Source of the DNA: Porphyridium purpureum | Taxonomy: Eukaryota | Length of the DNA: 45,138 nt | Assembly: GCA_008690995.1 (NCBI GenBank) | Contig: VRMN01000006.1 | Location: 930,001-975,138 of the forward strand | Direction: 5' to 3' | In this document: positions 19,939 to 31,295 of the stretch, piece after piece | How positions within the stretch are numbered: the first letter of the stretch is position 1 | Layout of the letters: each line of letters starts with the position of its first letter | Notes under the pieces: generated by a model | The model's database searches: none | Told to the model about the DNA's origin: nothing | What the model saw: only the letters and a program-made list of their open reading frames with translations | Program-made: the position numbers and the translations under genes

Positions 19939-21303
19939 ATGGGGCTGGGTGTCGCTTGCGCTCACATCGAGCAGACATTTCTGTCCGTCAGCCCAGAAAA
20001 TCTCGCCGGCAACCCGTCCGCTGGTATCACAACGGTGCGCTTCGAGTATGAGGCGGCGCCAGAGTACATGGAGAAACCCGAGATACTGCCGGGCACGTTC
20101 GACGGCAACGGCTTTGATCGTGGGTTGGCGCTGGCGCGATTGCGGCCGATCATGAACCCAAACCATTTTTTACATGATTTTTTCTTTGTGATTATTTTCT
20201 GGATCGCCCAGTGCTCGGGGCAGCGTGGTGGTGCCCTGGAGCGTATCACAACATGCTCTGCCGACCGGCAGCGTCATCATTCTGGCCAGAATGGGAAGAC
20301 TTGCAACGTCGACGTCTCACTCCCATTTCTTGACGGCCCAGCTTTGTTCGAATGCGGCGAGACTATTTCACTTCTGGATCAAGGCTGGCAGGACATGGCA
20401 ACAAGCTCCGGTGTCGGCTTACAACTTCGCGACTTTGAGCATCACCCTCGGCTATTCCCGGACATTTCTTCGAAAGCATGCACCGGGACACATGCGTTTG
20501 CAGGCAGTATATCCTACTTTGCTGCAAAGTTCCTCCTGGCAAGTGTCAACTCTGCCGGAGGTATTGTCGAGCTTCGCAGCCGGCCACCGGAAGCCACACT
20601 TCCATGGGAGGCAGAGGTCGCGCCGCATAAACAAAGAACACAGGAGCAGACGCTGCTGCGGTTTGTTGTGGGGCACCGTCATCGCGAGGAACTTCGGCGG
20701 CTACGCGTCAAGGGTGCGCGCACGCTCAAGCGGAAGGAGGCGATTGCGCAGTTTCGCACATTTGTGCTTGAGCAGCTCAAAATGGAAAAGGAGGCGCGCG
20801 CAGGTAGCGCTGGGTCGACGTGTCGTATTTTACTCTACACGCGTAATGAAAGCGGAACACACGCGCGTGTTTGGGTTGACGCAGCCGACGTACAGAAGAA
20901 CATTATGCGCGACTTCCCGCACGCGCGCGTGCTGCTACTGCACGCTCTGCCTCCGCGTTTTGCGGATGCCGTGGCTCTGTTTGCTGGCACGGATGTCTTG
21001 GTGTCGCTTCATGGTGGCTGGGAGCCCAATGTTATGTTCATGCCGGATGACGCGGTGGTATTCAATACACCCAAGCATTGCAGCAGCGATACAGGGAAGC
21101 AAAGCGGGCCGAATAGATGGTGGATGCGCTCACTGCAGCTTATTCTGAACGGCCTTCGTGTGCACTGGCTCAACTGTAGCACCGGACAGGAATCTCCCAG
21201 CCATTTTCCTGAAGGTAGACGCGAAGCGACAATGTACCGCTTGCTCGGAGCGTATGACACCATAAAAGACGTGCTCACCACTCAAGTGCGAGCGTGCTTT
21301 TGA
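19939..21303 (+). CDS. Glycosyltransferase family 61 (DUF563)-like protein
   Basis: NPNHFLHDFFF (N..H...D motif) and the C-terminal GT61 signature ILLYTR...R.W...F.DAVALFAGTDVLVSLHGGWEPNVMFMPDDAVVF. Confidence 0.75.
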   Translation: MGLGVACAHIEQTFLSVSPENLAGNPSAGITTVRFEYEAAPEYMEKPEILPGTFDGNGFDRGLALARLRPIMNPNHFLHDFFFVIIFWIAQCSGQRGGALERITTCSADRQRHHSGQNGKTCNVDVSLPFLDGPALFECGETISLLDQGWQDMATSSGVGLQLRDFEHHPRLFPDISSKACTGTHAFAGSISYFAAKFLLASVNSAGGIVELRSRPPEATLPWEAEVAPHKQRTQEQTLLRFVVGHRHREELRRLRVKGARTLKRKEAIAQFRTFVLEQLKMEKEARAGSAGSTCRILLYTRNESGTHARVWVDAADVQKNIMRDFPHARVLLLHALPPRFADAVALFAGTDVLVSLHGGWEPNVMFMPDDAVVFNTPKHCSSDTGKQSGPNRWWMRSLQLILNGLRVHWLNCSTGQESPSHFPEGRREATMYRLLGAYDTIKDVLTTQVRACF

Positions 21304-22080
21304 TGCTTCACATCATAGTTAGACGCGTTCCGGACGGAACGGCCGATGTCGGGCGTCAGATTTGCATCACGGCACCAAAATTGGAAATGGGCCCGCCCAG
21401 TAATGCGAGATTCCGAGTGCACTCCACTGCGACCACCAACGCATTTTGTGAGTTGTACTCCATCAACGGGCGTGGTGCAGAGGCGCGTTCAGTCGAAAAG
21501 AAAGGGCCTGGCAGGCTCAATGGCGTAAAATCACCTTTGCTTGACAGCTGCACTTTTTGACCGGAAAACACAAAGCTCATCGGATATGTTCACGAGTATA
21601 TGCTGTTCCAACCCGTGCACCCCTTTTCCGATTGCCGCGATGGCATCGGAGCGCATACACGACTTGAGAGCCTTTTTGCTTCGCAAATTACGATAGCGAA
21701 ACACTCAAGCACTCTCACACGTACACATACCCATGCTGTCGTGCGGATGGCCGCCACCCGACAGCACGGCGTGCCTGGACAACGTGCGCCGCGTCGTTGC
21801 CAAACGCGAGAGCGCATGCATCGTGCTTGAGCGTCATGGTGCGCGCCGGAATCCGCTGCGCGATTGTGCTTCAGTATCGGCACCTTGATGGCGGTTATCC
21901 TTGCTTCAACCCTAGCCCTTGTTCTTGGGTGTCGGCTCGAGAAAGCGAATGTGGGACACAGAGGGAGCTACGCCTCAAGTCCGTCAAGCGAGTAACCGGC
22001 GTCTGAGGCAACGGCCAGGGGCCATTGTCTTCCACTTGGAAAGACCGGGTTCTCGAGGAGATTGATTCACTGCACACGCC

Positions 22081-22953
22081 ATGAGTTCCGGGTACGAAGC
22101 GGCGCTGCAGGTTTTGGCCAAGTACGAGGTGGTGGTTGCTGGCGTCGCGCTTCCATTCTGCCTGCTCACGTGCGTGCTGGGCTACATTCTGCTGCGGCCG
22201 CTACTGTTCTTGACGGGATTCGGTGTGGGTGGCCTGTGCGCATATACCGCAGCATTTCGCGTGACGACCGCCGTGGGCTCTGCGCACTCTGCTTGGATAA
22301 GTATTACCGCGATGTTGGTCTGCGGCCTACTGGTGGGTCTCCTGGCGGCGCTGCTGGTTCCGCTGGGCGTCTTTCTCGTCGGTGCGAGTTGCGGCATCGC
22401 CATCATCCTAAGTTTGCGCACGCTTATCCTAGGAATCGACACGACGCATGCAGCATTGATTTTCTACATTCTTTGTTTGGCCAGTGCCGTCGTGGCTGGC
22501 TTCCTCGCCGTATTGCTGCAGCAGCCAGTTATCATCGTCTGTACCGCCGTTTCCGGCGCATTTGGCTTTGTTTACGCTGTCGGTATCTTTGCAGGCGCGT
22601 TTCCGCGCACCCTGGATGCAACGACTTTGCACAATGCCCACACGTGGCTCTACTTTGGCGGTTTCGTGCTGCTGACATTGGTCGGTGTCGTGACCCAGTT
22701 TGTGATAGTCGCGCGCGGCAAAGAGCGCGAAGCTAGCGGCAGTCATGCTCGGAAAGGCAATAGTGACGTACAACCGCTGAAACGGTCAGAAGCGCGACCG
22801 GCACAAGTGGTCGCGTTTGATGAAATCGATGACTTTGGCAATGCTGGTGATCGCGAACACCGCGATGAAGATATCGAAATGCACGCCTACCCAGCGAGTG
22901 ACAGCGGCAACAAGGGACTAAAGTGGAAATCGAAGAAGAAGCCGTTTGTGTAA
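22081..22953 (+). CDS. Multi-pass membrane protein, DUF4203/TMEM198-like
   Basis: 290 aa with ~7 hydrophobic segments; C.LGY.LLRP.LFL.GF..GG, GVFLVGA..G, I..TAVSGAF and G...Q patterns. Confidence 0.8.
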   Translation: MSSGYEAALQVLAKYEVVVAGVALPFCLLTCVLGYILLRPLLFLTGFGVGGLCAYTAAFRVTTAVGSAHSAWISITAMLVCGLLVGLLAALLVPLGVFLVGASCGIAIILSLRTLILGIDTTHAALIFYILCLASAVVAGFLAVLLQQPVIIVCTAVSGAFGFVYAVGIFAGAFPRTLDATTLHNAHTWLYFGGFVLLTLVGVVTQFVIVARGKEREASGSHARKGNSDVQPLKRSEARPAQVVAFDEIDDFGNAGDREHRDEDIEMHAYPASDSGNKGLKWKSKKKPFV

Positions 22954-22962
22954 ATGCTTTTA

Positions 22963-23799
22963 CTATGGATTGGTGTTGGACGAATTTACTTGCAGCAAGG
23001 CGTCTGCCTCTGTGTTTCCCTGTGCATGTCTGCGGCGCTGGTCTTGGTTGCGGTTGCGCCTTATCTCGAGTGCCGTTCCAATGAGAAAGAGCACAAAGGC
23101 ACCAACGCTCAGCGCAAACGTCCACACCCACTGCTCCGGATTTGGGCGCGTCTCTGCGCGGGGCGAAGGCTTTAGCAACATGGACGGAACGTCATATGGC
23201 ACGTTAAAGAGTTGTGCGGCACCGTAGCAGACGCCAAACGCACCAATTGCAATGGTTGTGTACGGGCGAAAGCGCGGATACTTGTACACAAGCAGCGCGA
23301 CGCTCGCGCCGCATATGCCCATCACAAATGTGGCGAGTGCCATCCAATTCGCACCATTTTGCTCCAGAAAGTCGGCGTGCTGCGCATGCTGTTCGTGCGT
23401 CTGGACGTAAAGCACCGAACAGCCCAGTAAGATGTACACGCCAATGCATCCAGCACTCAGTCCCAACAGAAGGGCGACTAGATCCGAGAGGAAAAAAACG
23501 CTCAGAGCGCCTGCCGCGACTCCCATAGCGACAACACCCGCCAGCATACCAAGCGCCTGCAGCCATGTGGGCGAAGGCTGGATATACTTGAGGCACGCCT
23601 CGTAAGCGAGCACTGCGACGCTCCAGAACGGCAACAGAAACAGCGAGGCGGTCACCACGCGGCTGCCGAGGAGCACGGGCAACCATGAAAGCACAAACAC
23701 CGGCAGCCACGTTGACGCGGCCCCGACCTGCAGTGCCAGTACCGCCACGCCCGCCAGGGCCACGGGAACAAGGAACAGTATCTCTCGGTAGTGCGCCAT
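22963..23799 (-). CDS. Multi-pass membrane protein, probably a divergent DUF4203-like paralog
   Basis: 278 aa with ~7-8 hydrophobic segments; LLG.R...SLFL, ALLLGLSAG, TTIAIGAFGVCYG and LFLIGTALE parallel the neighbouring gene. Confidence 0.65.
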   Translation of the reverse strand: MAHYREILFLVPVALAGVAVLALQVGAASTWLPVFVLSWLPVLLGSRVVTASLFLLPFWSVAVLAYEACLKYIQPSPTWLQALGMLAGVVAMGVAAGALSVFFLSDLVALLLGLSAGCIGVYILLGCSVLYVQTHEQHAQHADFLEQNGANWMALATFVMGICGASVALLVYKYPRFRPYTTIAIGAFGVCYGAAQLFNVPYDVPSMLLKPSPRAETRPNPEQWVWTFALSVGAFVLFLIGTALEIRRNRNQDQRRRHAQGNTEADALLQVNSSNTNP

Positions 23800-24072
23800 G
23801 CCGTCTTGCTCCTCACCAAGTGTCGCTGCGGCGCGCGCAGCCTGCGCTTGCCAGTCTGGAACTGGATAAGGTCCAACTGCGGCAATTCTAGTACGGTGTG
23901 TACAGTGGGCTGCGCAGCAGAAAAACCGGTGCGACCTCGTGCCATTTGACAGGGGTGCTGGGCCGGTTGGTCACGTCTCTCCGTGCGCGCGCATCCGCGA
24001 CCGCAACCGCACTCTTGAAAGCTGCAGTGTCTGGCACAAGCACGATGGTGTACAATACAGAATAGACCAAAC

Positions 24073-26395
24073 TCAGATGATCCAATCCCAGTCTTGTTTC
24101 TTATCCCTTGCCTCGCGAGAATCCGTACTCCTCGCCCACAGTTGCCGGCGAAGGTTTCGCGCACGCGCCGAAAGAGACGCATTGACCTCCTCCCAGTCCT
24201 TGAGCTCTGCCAGCTCCAGTTCCATCTCTTCCAAGCGCGTGTCCGTTGTGCCTGGCCGGGCACGTGTCCGCTCTGCGCGCGTAAGAACGCGCTCGATCTC
24301 AGCGCGGCGCTGAACGCGGCTCTGCTTTTGCACATCTGTAGCACCCATGAACTCTTCAAGGCACAGCAACATTTCTGCAACAACTTCAGGTGCGATTTGT
24401 GCACTGGTCTTCTCAAGCACATCGGTCAGCGCTAAATAGGTCTGCTCATTCAGCTTCGAACCGTACGTGCACTGCATTTCGCGGAACAGCGCGACGGCAT
24501 CCTCCGGCTTTGCATGTGGTGGCGGCGCACTACCGAGCGCAAACAGGAAAGCATTCGCAACCTCGACCGGTGCTGCATGACTTGTACACCTGCTTGCATA
24601 GTTCTAGGCGACCAAGCCGGCCAAATGCGTAGATGCAGCTCGCGGCGGCGAACGAAGCGTCATGCACATCAAGCGAGGCGCCAAAGAGCACATCAATCAA
24701 GTCATGCACGCGCTTCTCGCGCACATGATGCTCGACGAGAGCCTCGTACGCGAATGCGCGCAATGTTTGGCTACCAGATGACAAATCTGAGTGCCCATCG
24801 GCTCGGTTGGCCTGGCGAACTGCTTCTACCACGCGCAGGGCAAAGTCCATTAAAGTGGGCTCCCGTGCAGCAAGGCAAACCATGTGGCTAGACAAAGCCG
24901 CATCGTGGTTGTATTTCCAGTGCACAAATACGCGCTGGGCATACACGGCAGCCTCTCGTGCATCGAGCAGCCCCTCGCGCACCTGCTTATCCAGGCTACG
25001 CACGTACTCGCGGACAAGCTGAACGCGGTCGTGTTCGTTTGCGCCAAGGTGCGTGCGGGCTTCTGGTAATGTCAGCACGTGAGCTAGCGGTAGCAGTTCT
25101 TTGCTAGCACCCTTTTCAATGCATTCGTGCATGTACGTGTAAAGACAACGCGCATCCAGCGGGTCGTTTTCATGCGCGCGGACGCCACCTGCGACTTTAA
25201 GCGCCCAGTCCATGAGAGCGCGGGCCTCAGCAAAGCTGCCATCCCGCACCAACGACCAGCAGAGGTGATGCAGCGTACGAGCCGGAAGCGGAAGCTCTGG
25301 CACCATGTTGCGGTACGTGGTGGCAATCCAGCGCGCTTCAGCTGCGCGCTCAGCGACACCCGCGCAAACCAGAGCGCCGGTCTCCAGGAGGCCTGCATTA
25401 TGACTGACATTGATCAGCGTAGCATACGGCTCCGTGCGCAGCATCTGCCATACACGAAAAGCAGTTCGCGAGTCCTTGCACTGCACAAACGAATGCATGA
25501 GGCAGCGAAACGTGTCAGCATTAAACGCGTTGATGTGAGTGAGACGCATTTCGTCATAGACGTCACGCACAAGAGCGCGACGGCGACATGCGCCAAAAAG
25601 AGCTAAAAGACCATGGTAAGCCACAAGCGACAGTTGCGCTTCGTGGTGCAACTGAAAGTCTTGCCGTTGAACCAGGCGCTTGACAGCCAGAACCAAATTC
25701 AGTTTCCGTAGCGGTGCCGCAAGAGGGAGCACGTGCATTAATATGTGCGAGTCAAGCACTACACCATGGGTGCGCGAAGTTTGCAGTGCTTTGATCGCAA
25801 AATGTAGCGGAGCGCGCGCATCCCCATCGCCTTCGGGCGCGGCACGCGCGATGCGCAACAACAAGGAAAGAGTGCCTTCACTATACTGCGTACGTGCGTA
25901 GCGTGGTTCACGCAGAATGTCTTGCACACGAGCCAGTGTGATGGGTGGCGTCTCTGCCAGAGCGAGCTGGAGTTGTACGTTCAGCACCTTGGTGTCAGCG
26001 AATACGATCTTGAAGGGTGTCATAGGTGGCCGGAGTAAAAACGTTGTACCGGCTTGCTCGCTATCTTGCATCCTCTCGGAGACGTCTTCCGCACTTGCGT
26101 GGTTCTGGATCTTCAATGCATGTTCCCGGCCGCTGGCGGACTCACTTTTTGGGCGTACCGTAGGAGCAGACCCATTGGGAACCGAAAACGTTGTGTCTCG
26201 CTTGAAATTGGGCCCCGAGCGCCGGTACCTCGCAGGCACCAGGTCTGGGCGCTTGTCATATGCTGTGTGCTGGCGTGCATCGGACGCAAATAGACGGCTC
26301 ATAGTCGACGCAACGTGGTGGCGCGCCCTGCCGGCAATGTCAAGGCATCCACCAGACGTGCAAAGAGTCCTTGACCCTACGCCGCATGAGCTCAT
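24073..26395 (-). CDS. Pentatricopeptide-repeat (PPR) protein, probably organelle-targeted, with a single frameshift near 24580
   Basis: PPR motifs AYHGLLALFGAC..VRDVYDEMR, NADTFRCLMHSFVQCKD...AFRVWQML and IYAFGRLGRLELCKQVY. The adjacent frame continues VEVANAFLFALG...EDAVALFREMQCTYGSKLNEQTYLAL into ORF 24073-24477. R/S-rich N-terminus. Confidence 0.75.
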
Positions 26396-27373
26396 CCTTG
26401 ATCACACCTTCAAGTAGCAGTTCGAACGCTCCATTCCTGTCAGGCTTTGCACGTGATGCGAGAGACTTCTTCTACCTCGCGCTCATCCTCTGGCTCGCGA
26501 AGCTCCACTTGCACGACGTGGCCGAACACGTGCGCCTTTAACGAACGATGAATGGCGGCGTGAAGGTCACTCAGGAGGAAGGCGCTAGAATTGCTGTCGT
26601 TGTTTAAAGGACATAAAAATACGCACGTTCGTATTTTCTTGTGGGATTGAAGCGGGATCGTAGTCATCTCGGGATTAGCCGGAGCTGTCAGTGGATGTCG
26701 GTGTGCGTGGGAAATACACCGGCGCACCGGCGCGTGGACGGAACGTCACGCGACCCAAGTCAGCGCATCTTGTTCCCAGCTGGTCCGACCCAGGGACATG
26801 CTGGCTGTGATTGGAAGTCACCCCGGTGATTCCGATAGTGAAGAAATGTGAGTCAGCAACTCAGCATGTCTGAATGCTAAATGGCTGGCAGCGTGCCTCT
26901 GTGGTGCAACGCATACTGTATCCAATTACTCGAGCGCGTCAGCATGAGGGCTTGGTGGCCTTGTCACGCCCCGCCCAAGTTTCCCGATCATAGAATCGTC
27001 AGAGTCCAGGCCACGCTGGAGGCGTCTCTTTTGCAGACTCAAGCAAAGAAAGAGAATGGACAATACGACATTATCTTTTCAAGAGTTTGTCGTGTTCCGA
27101 ATGCTGTTAGAATCTAATTAGAATGTCGAAAGCACGCATAATCTGATCTTATGAGCGGCGTGCGCAGCAGCATTCGCAGCAAGTGAGCTATTGCAAAATC
27201 CACTGCTAAAACGCCAATCGCATAAGAGCACGCGAGCCGTTCAGTGCTCGAACGGAGACACAGCAATGAACTCGTGTTCCAAGAGACAGACACACCGATC
27301 GAGAGACAGACTTGTTCGACAGTTTCCGGCAGCTGGTACTAGGACTCTAAAATAAAAAGCACTCACACGTACT

Positions 27374-29412
27374 CTACATCTCTCCTGTCGCATGGCGATC
27401 TTTCCAATCACGCCATTTCAGTCGAGCATCAATGCGCGCAAGGTTTCTTTGGATCATGCCGTTGGAACGCTTTCGCTACACTGCCACGGGCTATTCACGA
27501 CTCAGACCGCGCAAGCGGGACCTGCATCTGTTTGTGCTTACTTCGACGGGATTCTCGCACACTTCAATGGGGATCCTGTCTAGTTGCCTGACATACTTCT
27601 TTATCAATTCGACCATATCCTCGATCACATCGACGAACAGCTGGGAACCACCGTGGTGCGTCCTGCTACTAGCCTATAGCACCACACTGCTGAGCACGCG
27701 AAAAAGCCTGCGCGTCGCTTTCAAGTCGCTGCTGCCATATATCACAGAAAGCTTTCGAAAGAGCGTCAAGGCTTTGGCGTGGCACCAGGCCTTGCTTAGC
27801 AATTTTATATAGACCCCTGCAGGCCGCACAAGAATGTCACACCACCGCTCACATGTCCTGAAGACTTTGTGACATTAATCCAGCCGCCCCAAGCGACCAA
27901 GTGTCTTGAGGTACGGTGTCATCATGTGAGCGGTGCGGCGCGCATTCAGAAAGTTCTCGTCTTCCTGGGCAAAAATAAGGTCAAATGCGAGTCCTATGCG
28001 ATGCTGCTCCAGGCACTGCTCTACCAAGGCCTCGTACGCAAACGCATGCAGCATGCCGTACGGTACCCTTGACGCGTTTCCATTCAAAGGCGGTGCTTGC
28101 TCGTGGCTGGCAAGCGCGACTCGCATGGCCATGGACAGACAGCCTGCCCGCGAAGTCAGGTACACCATGCAGCTCGATATGACACTATCTGTAGTTTTCC
28201 AGCGTGCGAATAAGTGCTGCGCGCATTGGAAGGCATCACGAGGCGCAAACAATGGAGGCTTCACATGTACTGGGAGCCGGCCATCTGACGCGCACGTGTG
28301 CAACGTCTGGTAAAGGAAACGCAAGAACCGAACCCGAATTCTCTCGTCCGAGCACAAGACTACGTCGCGAGCGGTCAAAACTTCGTCGCCCATCGTCAGC
28401 AGCAACTCGTCGAACGGCTCATCTGCCTTCTTTGCTGACAAGCCTGCGCGCACATACTGGCGCAATTCGCACTCGTGTAAAGTGTAGCCTAGGCTGCAGA
28501 TCCATTGCATGTCCTCGCGCGCGGTGCCAAATCGTGCCGCACGAACGCACGCCGAGACGAGAAAATGAAGCATCCGTGCGTCTGGTTTGATGCCTCACTT
28601 CTGGTCCAGCTGCGCCACTCGTTCAGCCTCCGTGGCGTTGCCCGTCTTGGCACAGACCCACGCCCCATTTTCGAGTATGCTTGGATCCATCTGGGCATTG
28701 TTGCTCGCAGCGAGTCCGGGCATCCACAACTCGCTCCACAGCTCGGCCGCCACCGCCGTTTGGTGATGGCATAGAAAGAAGCGAAGATGAGCATCGAATA
28801 CCACGGCGTCGAGCACATCGCGCCCGGCAAGTAGCTCGACGGGAGCATCGTGCAAGTTCGCGCTGGCTGGTGCGGTCGCATTCAAACGGTCCCTGAGCTT
28901 GTGTAGCGCCTGCTTCTGCTGCTGCAGCATGACACGACTCGTTGCAACCACCACGTTGACTTTTCGGCAGGACTTCGCCAGTATAAGGCTCTGCATGAGA
29001 ATTCTAGAGTGCAGCTGCACGCGATGTTTTCGCGCCTGCTGCGCCATGCGAACCACGAAAGCAAGCTTGGTGCGCGGTGTCAGATTTGGCGCGCGTCGGG
29101 CTAAATCGAGTGACGCTTCCAGAGTGTCTGCGTCGAAGGGTGTGCGGGTCAAATTCCAGCATTCGCATGAGCTCTCGGGGTATACGCGTGCGCCTTTGTT
29201 CAAGCTGCGACTGCGAGGTGCCTACGCGTGAATCCCGCGCGGTTGCCGTCTCGCGTGCCACAACCGCAACCGACTCGTCGCCATCTTCTTTTGCGGCTCT
29301 CGCGCGATGCCAAGCGTGGCTTGCGCGCGCGGTGAGCGAACGTGCTGTGCCGAACGCATTCTGCTTGCGCAGGCGCTGTGCGAGTCGTCAGCACGGACCA
29401 GATGCTCGTCAT
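27374..29412 (-). pseudogene. Disrupted tandem paralog of the PPR gene
   Basis: Fragments 28595-29203, 28489-28881 and 27875-28573 match the neighbour collinearly: HRVQLHSRIL vs HGVVLDSHIL, LENGAWVCA vs LETGALVCA, AFAYEALVE in both, LGRLGRLD vs FGRLGRLE, ALTLFRKLSVIYGS vs AVALFREMQCTYGS. Several frameshifts and stops. Confidence 0.8.
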
Positions 29413-30226
29413 GGCTGGCAGGCCATTGCCATCAGTGCTCGCATTTAGGGCGCTAACCGCATATCCGCTCACCACAAACCTGAGAATGCGCCGTTGTGCC
29501 GCGCCGAACCGAGTCTGCGCTGCACGCGCGTACGAGTCTGCGTGCGAGCGCGTGAAGCGTCGGCATCCAAAGCACAGCGCTCTCCAAAACACACCTGTTG
29601 CGCAAAGCGTGCCGCAAATTGCGCGAGCGCGCCGCGGCTCGATACAAATGCTTGATCTCGACGCGCGGCGGCTGCTTATTGGACGAGTGGCCGGCTGGCC
29701 GAGTGTGCGCGGTGTGCGCGTCTGCTGGCGTGCGCTCGCGCACGGCCGTTTGCGTGGAACGCGTGAGGCGCACGCACGCACGCAGCGCAACGTGTGACCC
29801 TGGCTGGCGGTCCCACCGCGTTCCGCTCTTTTGGGCTGGTTTTGGCGATGTGCACGGTGGATATGCGCGTTAACGGTGTGCGCGAGATGCTTGTCTTGCG
29901 CAATGGATTCGATGCGCGCGTGGATAGTTTGGCTGCATTCACCCCCGTGCGTGACAGGTATGTTGCGCGCGCTCCGGCGCAGAGGTTTAAGAGAGCGTAG
30001 CTGGGCGCGAGCGGGCTGGCAAGGTGCTTATTTAGCAGCGGGACTCCGTGGGGCGGTGCGGCGGAACACAAGGAGCATGGCATAGAGGTGGCGACGCAGA
30101 AGAGCGTGTGTGGGTGGTCGCAACTGACGATATCGAGTGAATAATTTTATGTTCGTACGGGGAGGGGCATTCCGCGACGGGCGCGTTGCTGCCCGCCGTG
30201 GTCGAAAGGCACAGCACGCCTTTGAA

Positions 30227-31250
30227 ATGGCGCGAATGTTTCCTCTGGCTTGGGCTTTGGCCATCGCGCTGCTTGCGACCTGGTCTTCGTTGCCCACTGT
30301 GGTGGCTCAGGAGCTCTGCCGTTGGGTCCCGCAGTGTGAACCGTGCTTGTCAGCGGGGACACTGGCCCTGGCTCCAGACGCTACAGGGGCGATTTCATGC
30401 AGGGCCGTCCACGCGACGTGTCTCGGCGGGTCCCCCAATTGCGTAATGCAGCCCTGCCAGAAATACGTCAAGTCTGAGGAAACCCAGCTGAAGATGGTGC
30501 TCGAGTACGAGGACGTTTCTGAGGTATCCTTGGAATTTTCTGCTTCGCCCGTGGATGTTTTGGTCGATTATGGCGATGGAATGGTGACGGCGCCAACGAG
30601 CACGGGGAAAGTCAAGCACACATACCGACGTCAGGGAAGCTATCAAGTCGTAATCTCCGGAAGTCTGGGTGGAATCATGTTCACGGATGGCTTGGCTGCT
30701 GTGGCTTCGTGGGGCGAGCTCGGCCTGACCACTTTGAATGGGGCTTTCGCTGGTTTGAGCTCACTGCAAAACGTTCCCGCCGACATACCGCGCACGGTCA
30801 CAAATCTCAGCGCCATGAGTGCGGGATCAAGTTTCAAGGGAGACATTGGAACGTAAGACTTGTCGAGGGCGACAGAAATGAAAGACATGTTTGACTCTAC
30901 TATCTGCAACGGGATCATTTCAGAAGGGGCTGTCAGCTGTGCGACAAGCATGAGCTTTGTGTTTGCGTCTTCGAGCTTCAACGGAGATATTGGCTAGCGG
31001 AATGTTCCTTCATGCTCTTGCCAATTAGGATTTTGGCTCATGGAACGTGTGGAGTGTGGCAACCAGGAGCTTCACGTTCGCAACGACGCACGTCCACCAC
31101 GACGCATCTGACTGGGCAATGAGCGACGTAAAAGACAGAACCGTCGCGTTTTGTCAGGGCGGAACGCGCTTGACGCTCGATCATTGGGGGTACAGCGAGG
31201 GCGCTTCCACGACATCAGATGCATTCAGCGTTGCGCGGCCCTGCGTTCGG
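30227..31250 (+). pseudogene. Secreted PKD-like + PARCEL/DUF285 (BspA-like) repeat surface protein, disrupted
   Basis: Signal peptide MARMFPLAWALAIALLA; Cys-rich module; VDYGDG..KHTY...G.YQV.ISG; ASWGELGLTTLNGAF..VP.DIP.TVTNLSAM; repeats FKGDIGT*DLS, MKDMF, FNGDIG*RNV. In-frame stops at 30854 and 30995. Confidence 0.8.
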
Positions 31251-31295
31251 GATGCGGTCACTGGGCGGGTTCGGGCCGGTGGAGGAGAACGGGGG

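Noticed and set aside
30854..30997. Stop-codon reassignment or readthrough explaining the in-frame stops in PARCEL and Fanzor
   Set aside because: The stops co-occur with frameshifts and loss of conserved residues, and intact genes end at TAA, TAG and TGA normally.
31047..31295. N-terminal extension of the 362-aa ORF as part of the sulfotransferase
   Set aside because: GTG start in a eukaryote; the sequence looks like decayed PARCEL repeats and the signal peptide starts at ATG 31296.
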